This document shows, in pieces, positions 14,370 through 27,365 of a stretch of 64,000 bases of DNA. The stretch is taken from NCBI RefSeq assembly GCF_009914755.1, contig NC_060942.1. One strand, 5' to 3'. Every line of letters starts with the position of its first letter. The first letter of the stretch is position 1. Below the pieces are notes generated by a model. It was given only the letters and a program-made list of their open reading frames with translations, was not told the origin of the DNA and did not search any database. Position numbers and translations under genes: made by a program. This DNA comes from the human T2T-CHM13v2.0 reference genome, Homo sapiens.

Positions 14370-14982
14370 GGACTCCCGTGCATTACTGATGGAAATGTAA
14401 CATGGTGCAGCCACTTTGGATAACAGTTTGGGAGTTTCTTAAAGTGTTAAATGTAAGTTTATCATATGATCCAGCAATTCCACTCTTAGGTATCTATGAG
14501 AAATAAAAGCATATGGCCACACAAGATCTCTACATGAATGTTCATGGCAGCATTGTTCAGAACAGTCAAAAAGTGAAAACAACTCAAACGTTTATCTATT
14601 GGTGAATGCATAAACAAAATAAGGTATATCCATAAAAAGGAATATTACTCAGCAATCAAAAAGGGTACCAATGCATGCTACAAGGTGGATGAACCTCAAA
14701 AACACTGTGGCAAGTGAAATAAACCAAACACAAAATACCGCATATTGTATGATTTCATTCATATAAAATTACCAGGGAAGGCAAATTTATAGAGATAGAA
14801 AGCAAACATAGAGTTGCTTACAGATAGGAGTATGAAGGGGAGTGAGTGCACATGAGCATAGTTTCTGTTTTGAAGTGATGAAAATTTTGAATTATGTTAT
14901 ATAAAAGTTGCACAACTCTACTAAAAATTAAAATGGGCAAATTTATGGTATGTAAATTTTACCTCAATAAAACTAATAAAAA
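14370..14982 (+). mobile_element. L1MB-type LINE-1 3' end (5'-truncated)
   Basis: GGTGCAGCCACTTTGGA...CATATGATCCAGCAATTCCACTCTTAGGTAT (ORF2 C-terminus/3'UTR), ends TACCTCAATAAAACTAATAAAA. Confidence 0.9.
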
Positions 14983-17573
14983 GCTATCTGGAAAAATAAG
15001 ATACATTTGAGGCAAAATATAAGGGAGCATGAACATTTACTGATACATGTGTAGTGTGCCTTAATTCTTAAGAGATTAGAAAAGAAAGAAAATCACTTTT
15101 GGTTGAGTGTTAGATAATTCTTTATGGAAAAAGTAGCCTTCTGAAGTGACTATAAAGGAGTTTGCATTTGAATTGGGCATTGGAAGATAAATAGAATTCA
15201 TTCAAGAGGCTTTAATAATTTGACCCAAACTAAACTCCTTAAACTCATATATCTATTTTTTTTAGGACTCTAGTTTTGATTAGAATTCCCCACTCACTGT
15301 TTGTTAAATACTAGTTGACATGCATCACTCTATCCCAGAGTTTTACTTTGCCTTTTAGAAGTACCTTTATAATAACAATGATAGCTTATTTCTTTGTATT
15401 CACCAATAAGGAATCTATCAGATTACATAGTTTAGTTAGTGCCCAATAAAAAATACCTTTGGTTGCTTAAGTGACCAACTGATACCATGCCAGGCGGGTA
15501 GATCAAAATGACAGGAGTAGGGGGTGATAAGCCTTGTGCTTGATAGAGGGTTGATAATTCATTGGGGCCCAATTAGGAGGCTCTTGAATGCCAGGTAGAG
15601 GAGTTTGGCAATTGGGTAGCAAAAGAGTGGCTAATACACATGGTATAATGAAAAACAAACCTGCCAGCAGCGTGAGGGTCAGCTTGTGGGAGGAAGGCTT
15701 GGCATCAATTAAGACATGATTTTTTTTGTGTGTGATCATACATTTTAAAGCTCAGTTCACCTTATTGAGCATCTGGTGATTGTTCACCTTACTTTAAATT
15801 CTACGTCCTGGAAATCATTTTTTTTTTTTTTTTTTTTTTTTTTTGGTTCTCCTTTGACAGTAACTTGAGGAGGCTGAGTTTGTTTGAAAAGTTCCTCCAG
15901 CAGCATTCTTTGGAACAAGGCAACTATTTTTTTCCCATACATTTTACTCCTGTTCTGCTATCATTGTTTTGAGAGGCAGCTATACAAAATAAAATTTCTT
16001 TAAAAATATTGACCCAGACTAGATATTGTATTGTATTTTGTTAAATAAGATATGTTTGAGTTGAAAGCCCCTTTGTGCTACAAAACTTGTTCACACATGA
16101 GACTTTAATATCATGTCCATAATACTTTATTTCTTGCTGGATAAAGGAGAAGATTCCTTGGCATAGCAGCAGCCCACAAAATCCCACTGTTAAGAGCAGC
16201 ACTGTGATTTAGTTATTTCCAGTCTGACCTGCAACATATCTGACTTCCCCAAATGAATGCCCTGAGCTCCACAGGGCCCAAGGACCAGAAGGAAGTGTGA
16301 TCTTGAAGTCAGTATCAATAACCATAGCACATAAGCTCACATCCAGTTGTACATTTTCCTTCATTCTCCTTATGAAATGGTGAGTTCAATACTCTTCTAT
16401 TTTGAAGGGAATTGAAGTTCATGGAACAAAAGGGCTATTAATGCTACACAAATCATACTGATGTTGCAGTGGACAGCTTCTACAACTCCAGCTGGAGCTC
16501 ATAAAACTGTGAAGTCTTGTGCTCCTTAATACCAAAAGGTGGAAAGATGTACATTAACTTCTTTTAAAGTGAAGGGAAGAAATGCTTCAAATAAAAAAGC
16601 ATACAAAACAGCTTCCATACACATATTCCCCATCATTCAGTGAGAGCAGAATTTGGGATGGACTCAAATAGCCTCTTGTGGAATTAGACGATTAAAATGC
16701 GCAGCAATGACAAAGATACATGAGCAGACTTTCAAGGAGTGAAGGCACTTACATTGGCTGGACTTTTTGCAGGTCATTTGAGCTGGTGTATTTTTTCAAA
16801 CAAGTTGATCATCACTTTATCCTCCCAGTTAAGTTTGGCAGAACCATAGAAATCAAGGTTGGTTTATTAAACTAAACTGTCCATATAGAAAGTTTTAGAT
16901 AGATTAGTTTGACCCACAGTAGAATTGTTCTTGAAACATGCAAATACCACTCACTGAACACCTCATTGATTTAGTCAGAAAAAATTCTAGTGGTTTCAAA
17001 TCATGTTGAAACCAGTTGTCACTGTTAAAAAATATTTTATCTAGTTGCAGTGCCAAACTAAAATGATGTCTACCCTTTTGCATCAAAAGCAACAATTGTA
17101 TGGTGAATTTTTGGTGTGTAGACCTCAAATACAGAAATAGGGTCCAGAGAAATTAGGTCTATGATACTATGATTCATGTTAAAATTTTCCTCAAGGAACT
17201 CCAGCTACCAAAATATCACATGGATATTACTGGAAGATTATATAGAGGGAAGGCTCCACAGGCTCAGCTGAGGAAGGGAAGAAATTGAAACTATGGAAAC
17301 AAATGAGGTGTGTGGGGGTGTGAGAGATTTGGTGACCAGGTACAGGAGTCTGTTGTTCCAGAAAGAGCAGTGCTCCATTCATCAAGCCTTAAGCAGCCAG
17401 GAAGATCCATAAGGGAGATCCATAAGGGAGTGGCCACACGGAGTGATCACTCACTAGCAAAAATGTAGTGGGAAGGGGGCTAACCCCCAACCTCCAATCA
17501 TCTATTTCACTGAGGCCTGAAGATTTACCACAAATAATTCCTTTCCTTGTTGTAAGCTTTGCCGTGCAATACC

Positions 17574-17901
<328 letters not shown>

Positions 17902-18514
17902 TAGATAAAAATACTTCTGGGAAGGGTAACACTAGAAGTTAAAACTCCAAGAGACTTTGGATATGATTTAGTGCCATGTTTCACTCTACAAAAGAGGAAA
18001 CTGAGGCCCAGAGAGTTCAAGTGGCTATCTTATAGCAAATTCACAATGAGTCCAGTACTAAAACTCACTTTCAGACTTTTTTGCTATATTGAATCACCAC
18101 ATATGACACTGTGTATTCATTAACATTAAAGCAATTTGACTTCATGTGCCCTTCCTGCGCAGCTGTGGTTCTGATTTAAATATCATTTCTTGAGAGCCAC
18201 ATAGGAGGTTATTGACTCATGTTTCTAGCTATTGCCAAAACAACCACAGTCATTTGGAAAAAAAAAAAAGCAACAAAAGTTTTGCAGAGATACTTGCTAT
18301 TAGGTTAATTTGCAAAGCATATCCTGGATGCTTTCCCCTTACCTTAGAACTTTTTGTAAAAGATTCAGGAAGTTTCTGGCATTTTCTCCCTTTTTAACTT
18401 TTTCTTCTTTTATCCTGGAAAAGAGTAGAGAGAAGACTGGTGTATAATGAATGTTGAATGATGAGTAAGAATGATTTTCCTTCAAAGTCAGGGTTGGCAG
18501 CTGGTCACTCACTG

Positions 18515-18740
18515 AGTGATAATAGCAATAAAAACAAAAGCTAACACTGATGGACTGCTTACCATGTGCCACACATATTGTTCAAAATGCCTTCATTATT
18601 TGATTCAACTTATTTTATCCTTATTATAATGCTACAAGAGGTTGAGCAATTTTCCCAGCTCTTAAGGGCCAGATCCAGGATTCCAACTCCAGCATCTTCC
18701 TTTCAGAACCTAGGACAGTAACCACTCAACCACACAGCAT
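18515..18740 (-). mobile_element. MIR
   Basis: AGCTAACACTGATGGACTGCTTACCATGTGCCA...GGATTCCAACTCCAG antisense MIR. Confidence 0.6.
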
Positions 18741-20140
18741 TTTGTTATAGAATGTAGCTGATTTCCCTGAACTTTCTTCTTGGTGATCATTGTTACAGTT
18801 GCTCCTGTCCTCAATGTTGAAGAATACATATGTAATCTGGATCTCTAAAATTTTATGTGATATTAATTGCTTTACTCTGATGTACAGAGATATTCAGATA
18901 AAGGATGTCCTGGGATTATGAGATTGACTAAGATATGGCGATAGAAAAGAGTCCAGGACTTCTCAAGATTGGTGATCCCAGTGTCAAAAACTTTCCAATG
19001 GCTAGAAGCACCTCTCTATTTTGTGACAAAGGAACAGTTTATTGTGAGAAATGTTGTCTAAGAGACCAGAGACTCCCCTGTGCCACTTGTGTGCTATGAG
19101 ACCCTGGGCAAATTACTTTTCTTCCAGAGATCTCAGTTTGGTCCACTTTACAATCATCTTTGTGTTTTCTTCTTGCTTCAATCATTTAGGAATTTAAACA
19201 TTGTTTTTCCACATGACTCTTCTTGGAGAGTAGAATAGCTAACCCTACATATAGATAAGAGCCAGGGCAGGCTTGGACTTTCACCTCCATGTCCCAAGTG
19301 AGCCCTCCTCTTTTGTCTTTATGGTGGGTCAGTGCTGAATGGCAAAGCAGACAGAGCTGCCTCCAAGACAGCTCATCACTGGCAGGAAATCATTCTAGTT
19401 CCTGGCATTACACCTACACATTCTCTTTCATTGCCCATTTCTCCACTCCCAGTCATAACAGATGGGGGGCAGGGGGGCGGGTCCTTGTCCTATAGGCCTA
19501 TTCAACTAGGAAGGTCTGGGGAGTGGAGACAGAGATGTGGAAAGAACTGTAAGAATGGTCCTCAGAGCTGCTTCACAGCTAGTGAGGCTGGATGAAGAGG
19601 TGGTCCGTGGTATTAAAGAAAATACGATCATCATCAGCTCAACAACCATCACTTACCCCCAGGTCTCATCACCAAATACAAAAATAGCACCTGTTTCTGT
19701 ACCTTGCACTCTTTGTTGACACTTCTTCCTCGATTTATTTTCCTGTTAATTTTTCTGTACATGTTAAATACATTTAAATAAGTTCCACTAGCATAAGCAT
19801 TAAAGCAAGATAAACTTCACTATTCAATTTGCTTTGGGCTATCAGAGATGTCAGTCAAGATTGTGCAAGTAGATGAAGAATGTGGAGATGGGCTTGGGTG
19901 GGTGTCACCTGAGGACTGGAAGAGGAAAGGGCAGGAGGAGAAATCAACACCCAGATCATCAATCAAACCCCCCATCTTTTAGGTCACAAGAGTCTCTCTT
20001 TCCCATTTTCTAAGAAGGATTTAGTGTGGAAGAGGCCATAAAAGTGTGTTTCTTTGGCATTCTTAAGTCTAAATAACCCGGTTGGGCTGAAAACCTCTGT
20101 CCAACACAGTTTCACTGTTAAGATGTGTGAGTGTCAAACC

Positions 20141-20263
20141 CACCACGGTGGCATGTGCCTGCAGTTTAGCTGCTTGATGCTGAGGTGGGAGGATGGCTTG
20201 AGGCTGGAGTTTGAGACAACACTATGCAACAAAGGAAGACTACATCTCAAAAAAAAAAAAAAA
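20141..20263 (+). mobile_element. FLAM/FAM monomeric Alu precursor
   Basis: Single ~110-bp monomer GGTGGCATGTGCCTG...GAGGTGGGAGGATGGCTTGAGG..GGAGTTTGAGAC with poly(A). Confidence 0.8.
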
Positions 20264-20718
20264 GTACGAGAGTCAAAACTACAGAGCCTCAGGTTTCCAG
20301 TTAATATGGAATGTGAGAATGAGACTTCCGCCCAATTCCCCAATTCCTCCCTCCTCAGTCTCTGTCGTTTGATTCTTTGGGTATGACAACTTAGCACGTA
20401 GAATAAGCTCACTTAATGTTAGTTAAATGGACTTATAAAATTCACAACATTGAGAATTTCGAGAAAATAGGGGCAACAAAAAGAGTAGGAAGGTAACCAT
20501 GCAAAAAGCCTCCCCACCCTAACCAGCTCATGCACATACATAAAACACAAGAAAGTTAAACAAAATTTCATGATGTAGTTTGTAGTTTGTCTTGGTGAAA
20601 GAAATTAAATGATTTGCAATGAATTTCAACCCTTTGGCAGAATTAATGGACCTATTGCTGTGCAGACACTGCTGCTTGAAGGCAATGGAATTGGAAATTT
20701 CCATGCACCAGGGCTCCC

Positions 20719-20737
20719 TGGCCAGCAGATGGCGATG
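20719..20737 (+). promoter_or_regulatory. Candidate CTCF binding site
   Basis: TGGCCAGCAGATGGCGATG closely matches the CTCF core TGGCCA(C/G)(C/T)AG(G/A)(G/T)GGCG; lies in non-repeat sequence; binding not shown. Confidence 0.55.
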
Positions 20738-21589
20738 TTTCTTAGTTTTACAGGAAGATGCCAGGCCAGAGGCCGTTAGTTATGCAGGGCGTGTTTATCA
20801 GATGGCTGTTAAATCGGTTCAAAATCTGTAAAGGATGGCAGATCAGCTCTTATTTATTTATTTTTACTTAGAGTTGATGAATTCAGTAAAATTTCATGAT
20901 GGGAGAATGAACGCTGTGCCTTTGTGTTGGGGATGGGAGCAGAGGACGACCAGTATCCAAAATGGTTGGGTAGCTGCGTTTTATCTCTCTCAGTTGCTTT
21001 TTAAAATGAGATTCTTCTCGCGCTGCCTTCTAGCAGCCTGGATTTAGTCAATGTGGGACCAAAGGGCACATTGGCAGCAGTTTTGTTCATTTTCTTTTAC
21101 GTTTCTTTGTAAGTGGGCTTGTCTTCCCGGGTCAACCACTTGGCTCGCAGATCCTGGGGCAGAGGCAAAATCTGGGTGAGGCTGGGTCGGGAGCCAGGGC
21201 AGGGCTGCTCAGAGTTGAGGAATGGGAGGGAGGAGAGCTGCTTCTAGGCTCTTTCTCAGCCACGTGGGAGAATTGGAGATGGATCCACTTTCTCCTCCCT
21301 GAGCCCAGCAGCTATTGCACTGAGAGCCAGCATCCCTCTGGAAAGAGGCCGAACCATTTTAAGCAGAGGGAAAGAAATTTGTGGAGTAAATTGGTCTTAA
21401 AATACTGCCTGCTCTGTGTGCTGACCCATTAAGGGATATGGCACCACTTGGGATCCAGGATATTCAGTTTCTTGATTTGGAAGTGTCACTAGCCTACTGT
21501 GTGATGTTGGACTTGTTTTTTCATCTGTAATGTGAACACTTTGATAGAAATCTTACACCCATAGTTAAATTTGTATTCTTCTGAACTAG

Positions 21590-21727
21590 CAACTCTGGTG
21601 ATACAGGAGAATTTTTAGATGACCAATTAAGACAGAATATTTAGGGGTGGGACCTTGGCGTGCACCTTTTTTAAACAAGCTGTCCAGTTGATGTAAATGT
21701 TCAGGTGGGCTTGAGAACTGTTGCTCT
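21590..21727. mobile_element. MER5-type MITE fragment
   Basis: AGAATATTTAGGGGTGGGACC...TTTTAAACAAGCT...TTGAGAACTGTTG. Confidence 0.6.
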
Positions 21728-21730
21728 AAC

Positions 21731-22220
<490 letters not shown>

Positions 22221-22399
22221 CGTGTTTGGAAGGATGAAACTTCCCCGTACCTTTTGCATAAATGGGGCTGGGGATTACTTCTGGGAATGGGATGTAAACC
22301 CGGTGTTATATGTCATTTCCTGGGCTAAACGTTTAGTTGTTCGTGTATGACCTTTCATTTTCTCATCTAGGTAAGTTGTGTGATTTTAAATAGAGAGAA

Positions 22400-22557
22400 A
22401 TGCAGCATGCTGGAGCTTCTGCTAGTTTGGACCCCAGAGTTGCTACATTAACATCTTGTAAATGAAACAAAACAAAACAAAAATTTTTATGTTAAATGAC
22501 TGAAATTTTGTGGCTGTTTGTTCTTGTATTATAGCTTATCCTATCCTGATGAATACA
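22400..22557 (+). mobile_element. MLT1 (H/J-like) LTR 3' end
   Basis: ACTGAAATTTTGTGGCTGTTTGTT...CTATCCTGATGAATACA terminal motif. Confidence 0.6.
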
Positions 22558-24207
22558 AGTATTAATGCTGTAGTTCTGATGATTTGGTTTGATTAGTGCT
22601 GATAAGAAGAGGAGGGACTTCCCCATCCCTCCTCAGTCACCAAACATCCATTTCACAGTTCTTCTAAGAATATATATTTAGGTTTAACATACTGGGATAA
22701 TTTGAGAAAAGCTTCTATATCTGGTTGTGGGTTGCACGTGCCAAAAATGGGAATGGAATTGAAAAAATATTCAGTCTCATGTCCTGATGTATTCAAATAT
22801 CTATATTTGGTATTATAGTGTTCAAATATTGGGGTCTGAGTTTGCATCCTTAAAAGTTCTTTCTATAGCTCTGGATTATTATGCTGATACTAAGAATTTG
22901 ATATTGCTTCTTCCCATTGTAAGAGCTCAAATCTGGGAAGGCATTCTCCTTCTCTTTAGACCTTTCCTAAGTAGACTACTTTGTCTTTCTATGACAGAAA
23001 CTGCACGTTTTGTGCTCCTTTACTGAGGCGAGTGTCCCTGGACTTGTCCTTTCCCCACCATTGCTTTTTCCTTTGTATATTTATAGCCATCACTCTATTA
23101 AGACTGCTTCACAGGGTGGCTACCTTTACTTCCTGTTTTATACTCATTAATAGAAACTTTCTCAGACCTCTGTTTTCATCATTTCTACCATTAATCTTTC
23201 TTGACTGTTATTGTTTTGTTTGTCAGACCCCATTACTGTTGTCATCAAAATAATCACCACCACCATCATTAATATTGTCAACATAGTCAACATTTATTGA
23301 AATTTTGCTACGTCGTTAAGAGTCTGAACTATTGATCATTGATCAAGATATCATATATTTGACCGTCCTTTTGCCCCATCAGTTTGCTCTTCTGCTCTGC
23401 TTTGTAACTGTCTGTTACCTTTTCATACTTCTGCAACATGGAATTACTGCCCTGATCCAAGATCCTTTATGTATAGTTTTCTTATTCCTACCTTAGTTCA
23501 TTTATTCAAAATTATAATGCTCTCTTTTGCTTCATTAAGATATGGCCCTTAGAATCCTGATTTATAAACAGCAAATGCCCAATTCTCATTCCTCTAGGGA
23601 TCTCTTTGTGACTTATTCCATTTTTAAATTAGGAGAACTCAACAAAAGCTGCTGTTATATCTGCATGAGTTTTTCCCTCTGGAGTTGGTGTTGACGATCT
23701 CCCCAGAGCTGATTTGACTAGGTCATTAAGATGGATGAAATAACCATATTGACTGTTTAGTGAGCTGGTTATTTCAGTAATCTTAATGAGAGAATTAGAT
23801 CGATCCCAAGGTACTCCAAATCCTTATTTGATGATTGACCTAGAAGCAATCAATTGCCCATGTTGCTCTATATGAATTCTCTGCTTCCGTCAACCAGTCT
23901 CACTCCCCACACACCCCCTAAACATGAACTCTACAATACACACACACAGGTACATACATAAGAAAACCCATGGGCAGATGCCTTATTGGAGATCAGGCTG
24001 GAACACACAAGTAAAAACGTGCAAGGGGATTTCATTTGTGTTTCCAAATGTTACTAGGACTCAGTGCAGGGAAGGCAAGAAGGGGGACTGGTGGCAGAGT
24101 CTAACCTTATCACATGATGCATGTGGTCACCGGGGCAGGGTGCTCAAAGCCTGTTTATGTGGATATTGAAGCAGAAGGGAAATATGAAGCTTTAAAATTT
24201 ACAACAC

Positions 24208-24512
24208 ACTCTAATGTTTGTGCTGCTATAACAAAATATCACAGATGGGTAATTTATGAAGAACAGGGATTTATCTTTCACAGTCCGGAGGCTGGGGAGT
24301 CCAAGATCAAGGGGCCGGCCTTGGGGTCTGGTGAGGGACTGTTCCATCGATGGTAACTTCTCACTGTGGCGACCTCTCTTAGAGGAAGCTAGAAGAGAAA
24401 CAAGGGGCAAACTCTCTCTGAAGCCTCTTTTATAAGGACCTTACATCTTAATACCACCACAGTGGGGATTAAGTTTCAACATTAATTTCGGAAGGGACAT
24501 TACATTCAAACT
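24208..24512 (-). mobile_element. MLT1A/MSTD-type MaLR LTR
   Basis: GTGCTGCTATAACAAAATATCACAGATGGGTAATTTAT...GGAGGCTGGGGAGTCCAAGATCAAGG...GGGATTAAGTTTCAACAT. Confidence 0.85.
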
Positions 24513-25489
24513 CTCCATCCAACTCTTGTCTTTGGGAAGTTCATCTATAAGCTGGGAATTGTGACCCTAACCCTACCAACCATACAGGACTTTGTGCTTA
24601 CTAAATAAGACCCAGATGGAAAGAAACTTTGAAAAGTATAAAGCATTGTAGGAATGAAGCATGATATACTCAAGGCCTAATATCGGTCATCAAAAGGAAT
24701 TCAAATGTGGGAGATAATTTGTCAGTATTGACTAACTTAAAAAATAATTGTTTTCTCTAATTTTTTTAGTAACTTTCTTGACTTCACTTACCCAGATAAT
24801 AACCTCATATCTCACCCAAACATTTACTTTGCCTGTGTGCTTGCACTTTGAATTTCCCTCTAAATATAAGAAAAAAGAATTTGTGTGTCTGTGTGCACAC
24901 ATATGTGTCTCTGGTGGGCAGAATTTGGGAGTGTGTAGAATCTTGGAAGGGCCCAGGGGCTTCAACTGAATGATCCAATCTGGCTTTGAAGCCACTTATA
25001 GGACTCAAAGCTCTAGACTGTCCTGCTGAGACTCACACAGAGCAAGAAGGAGGGGTGAGAAATGTCCATAAGTATTTTCACTCAAACCATGATGCAGGAA
25101 AGAAATGCCACAGACTATCAAAGAAACAACTATTGATGTCTCCTGTTTCTGAAGCGCTACAGATTTTAACGTACTAAAATGTAAGTTTGGTGTTTTTTCA
25201 TTATCTTATGTAGTTGTCTTGCTTATAAGTGGGTTTGTCCTGTTTCTCCAACTCTGTTTTAATGTTTTGTTGTTGTTTTTGTTTTTTTTTTTAACCAAAA
25301 ATGCTATCCTGTGTTCCCTAGAACCTGTCATTTAGGACACCCATCATGTCTTTTTTTTTTTCTCCCAAAAACAAACTTGTCCCTAAATAATTCAGTTAAT
25401 CTTAATGCATTTGCTTTTACACAACTGAGCTCTACCATGGTTTAATTAAACTACCTCATGGTGTAACACTAGACAGATCTGTGAATTAA

Positions 25490-25670
25490 GATGACAGAAC
25501 AGAAGGAAACCTTGGGGGTTATCAAATGTAAAACCTTTATTTCACTCATGAGGAAGCTGCAATCTAGAAATCTGGACTCCTCAAAATTTATACATATTTC
25601 TACCTTGACAGAGCTTAGAAAAGAATCAGGTCCCTTGATCCCAGCCCAGGGCTCCCTCCACTATACCATT
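25490..25670 (-). mobile_element. MIR3/MIRc-like
   Basis: GAAGGAAACCTTGG...ATGAGGAAGCTG...CCCAGCCCAGGGCTCCCTCCACTATACCA. Confidence 0.55.
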
Positions 25671-25694
25671 TACTCTCAGCTCTCATTCTGACAT

Positions 25695-25850
25695 AAACCT
25701 GCTGTGTGGCCTCAGGCATTTCATGTGACCTCTCTTTGCCTTAGCTTTCTTGTTTTAAAAAAATGAGGCTAATATAAATGTCAGTCTTTCTGTCTCAGAT
25801 GTGCTTTGTGTATCAGAGGAGACGAGACATGTGAATTCACATTTATGTGA
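25695..25850 (+). mobile_element. MIR
   Basis: GCTGTGTGGCCTCAGGCA...ACCTCTCTTTGCCTTAGCTTTC...AAAATGAGGCTAATA. Confidence 0.6.
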
Positions 25851-27108
25851 CTAGACCTAAAATCACTTTGAAATAAGAAATTCTATCCAAAAGTAATAAA
25901 GTATATTGTTCTATTGAGATAGTCATGGACCAGGCTTATGTGGAATCAATACTAGTTTATGATAATAATATTGATAATGTGCACAGATGTCAGAGTGTAT
26001 GTGATACTGGTACTAGCAAAGTGAGGAATACAGCTTTAAAACTGGAATGTGAGGACAGAGGAAAAAAAACTGAATACAAACCTAAACACCTCAAAATGAC
26101 TCTCCATAGACCCAAGGAATATGAGAGTTAAGGAGATTCCATTACAAGGAAGTAGAGGGGCTTGTAAAACAATAGCCAATATGTGGTAGATTAAACATCT
26201 GCTGCAGACATAAATCGAATCCCACTCGGAAACAGCCGTATCCTCTCTAGAAATAACACTGTTCATAGGAACATTATATACGGTACAACCATGGTAAGGA
26301 GAAGACACATTAACCCGTTATCTTAAAGGTTTCAATCTCATTTTTTGAATTTATATTTCAGCTTTTAATCCAACAATAGTCATTACAAGTATTTAATGAC
26401 TGACTTGCTAATTGTGTATCCCAGGATGAAGCTGAGAGAAGTTAACACACAAACTGGTCATTAACTATGTTAATGATCACGTTCTTTGGGATTATGACTA
26501 TTATAAGCTATAATTAACAGTTTTTAACCATTTTTTTTCTTTTTAGTAAAAAAAAAAAAGAAATATTCTTGAGGCTCAGACAGAAATGATGAATGCTGGC
26601 CTCACTGTTATTTCTTGTATCATAAAGAACAGCTTCTGGGACAAGTTTTTGTTTTCTTAATCATTACTAGAGCTCTTCAAAGTAAATGATGGTTCTGGTC
26701 AACTGAGCAAATAGGCTCTGTCCTGTCCTCACTAGAACATCATGGAGGGCTTATGCCTGGACCATACAACCTCTCGGCATCTAGAAAGGTTTCCATCAAT
26801 TCTCGTGTGGTAAAAATAAAAGAATTTAAAATGGTGCTGCAAACTGCAAGCTTGGGGCGCAATTTGTCCCATGGAAAAACTCCTGGGCCTGATGAAGGCT
26901 TGCAAAACTTGAGCTGTGTTCATGACATTTATCTTTTCCACACTATGCCCTTTCTTCCCCACATGAAGTATCTTATGGCCTCTCATTCTCTCTCTCATCA
27001 AAAACATTCTTTCCAGAATGAAACTAATGAACATCAGAGGATATAAATGACTGATCAATAAAGCTTTTAAACCACAGGCGAAGTCACCTAGTAGAAAGAC
27101 TGGCTCTA

Positions 27109-27365
<257 letters not shown>

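Noticed and set aside
15818-15925. Poly(T) + TTTGACAG acceptor as an exon start
   Set aside because: Driven by a mononucleotide run; no convincing downstream GT donor.
25490-25850. Head-to-head MIR pair as a miRNA-forming hairpin
   Set aside because: Copies are too diverged for me to see an extended paired stem.
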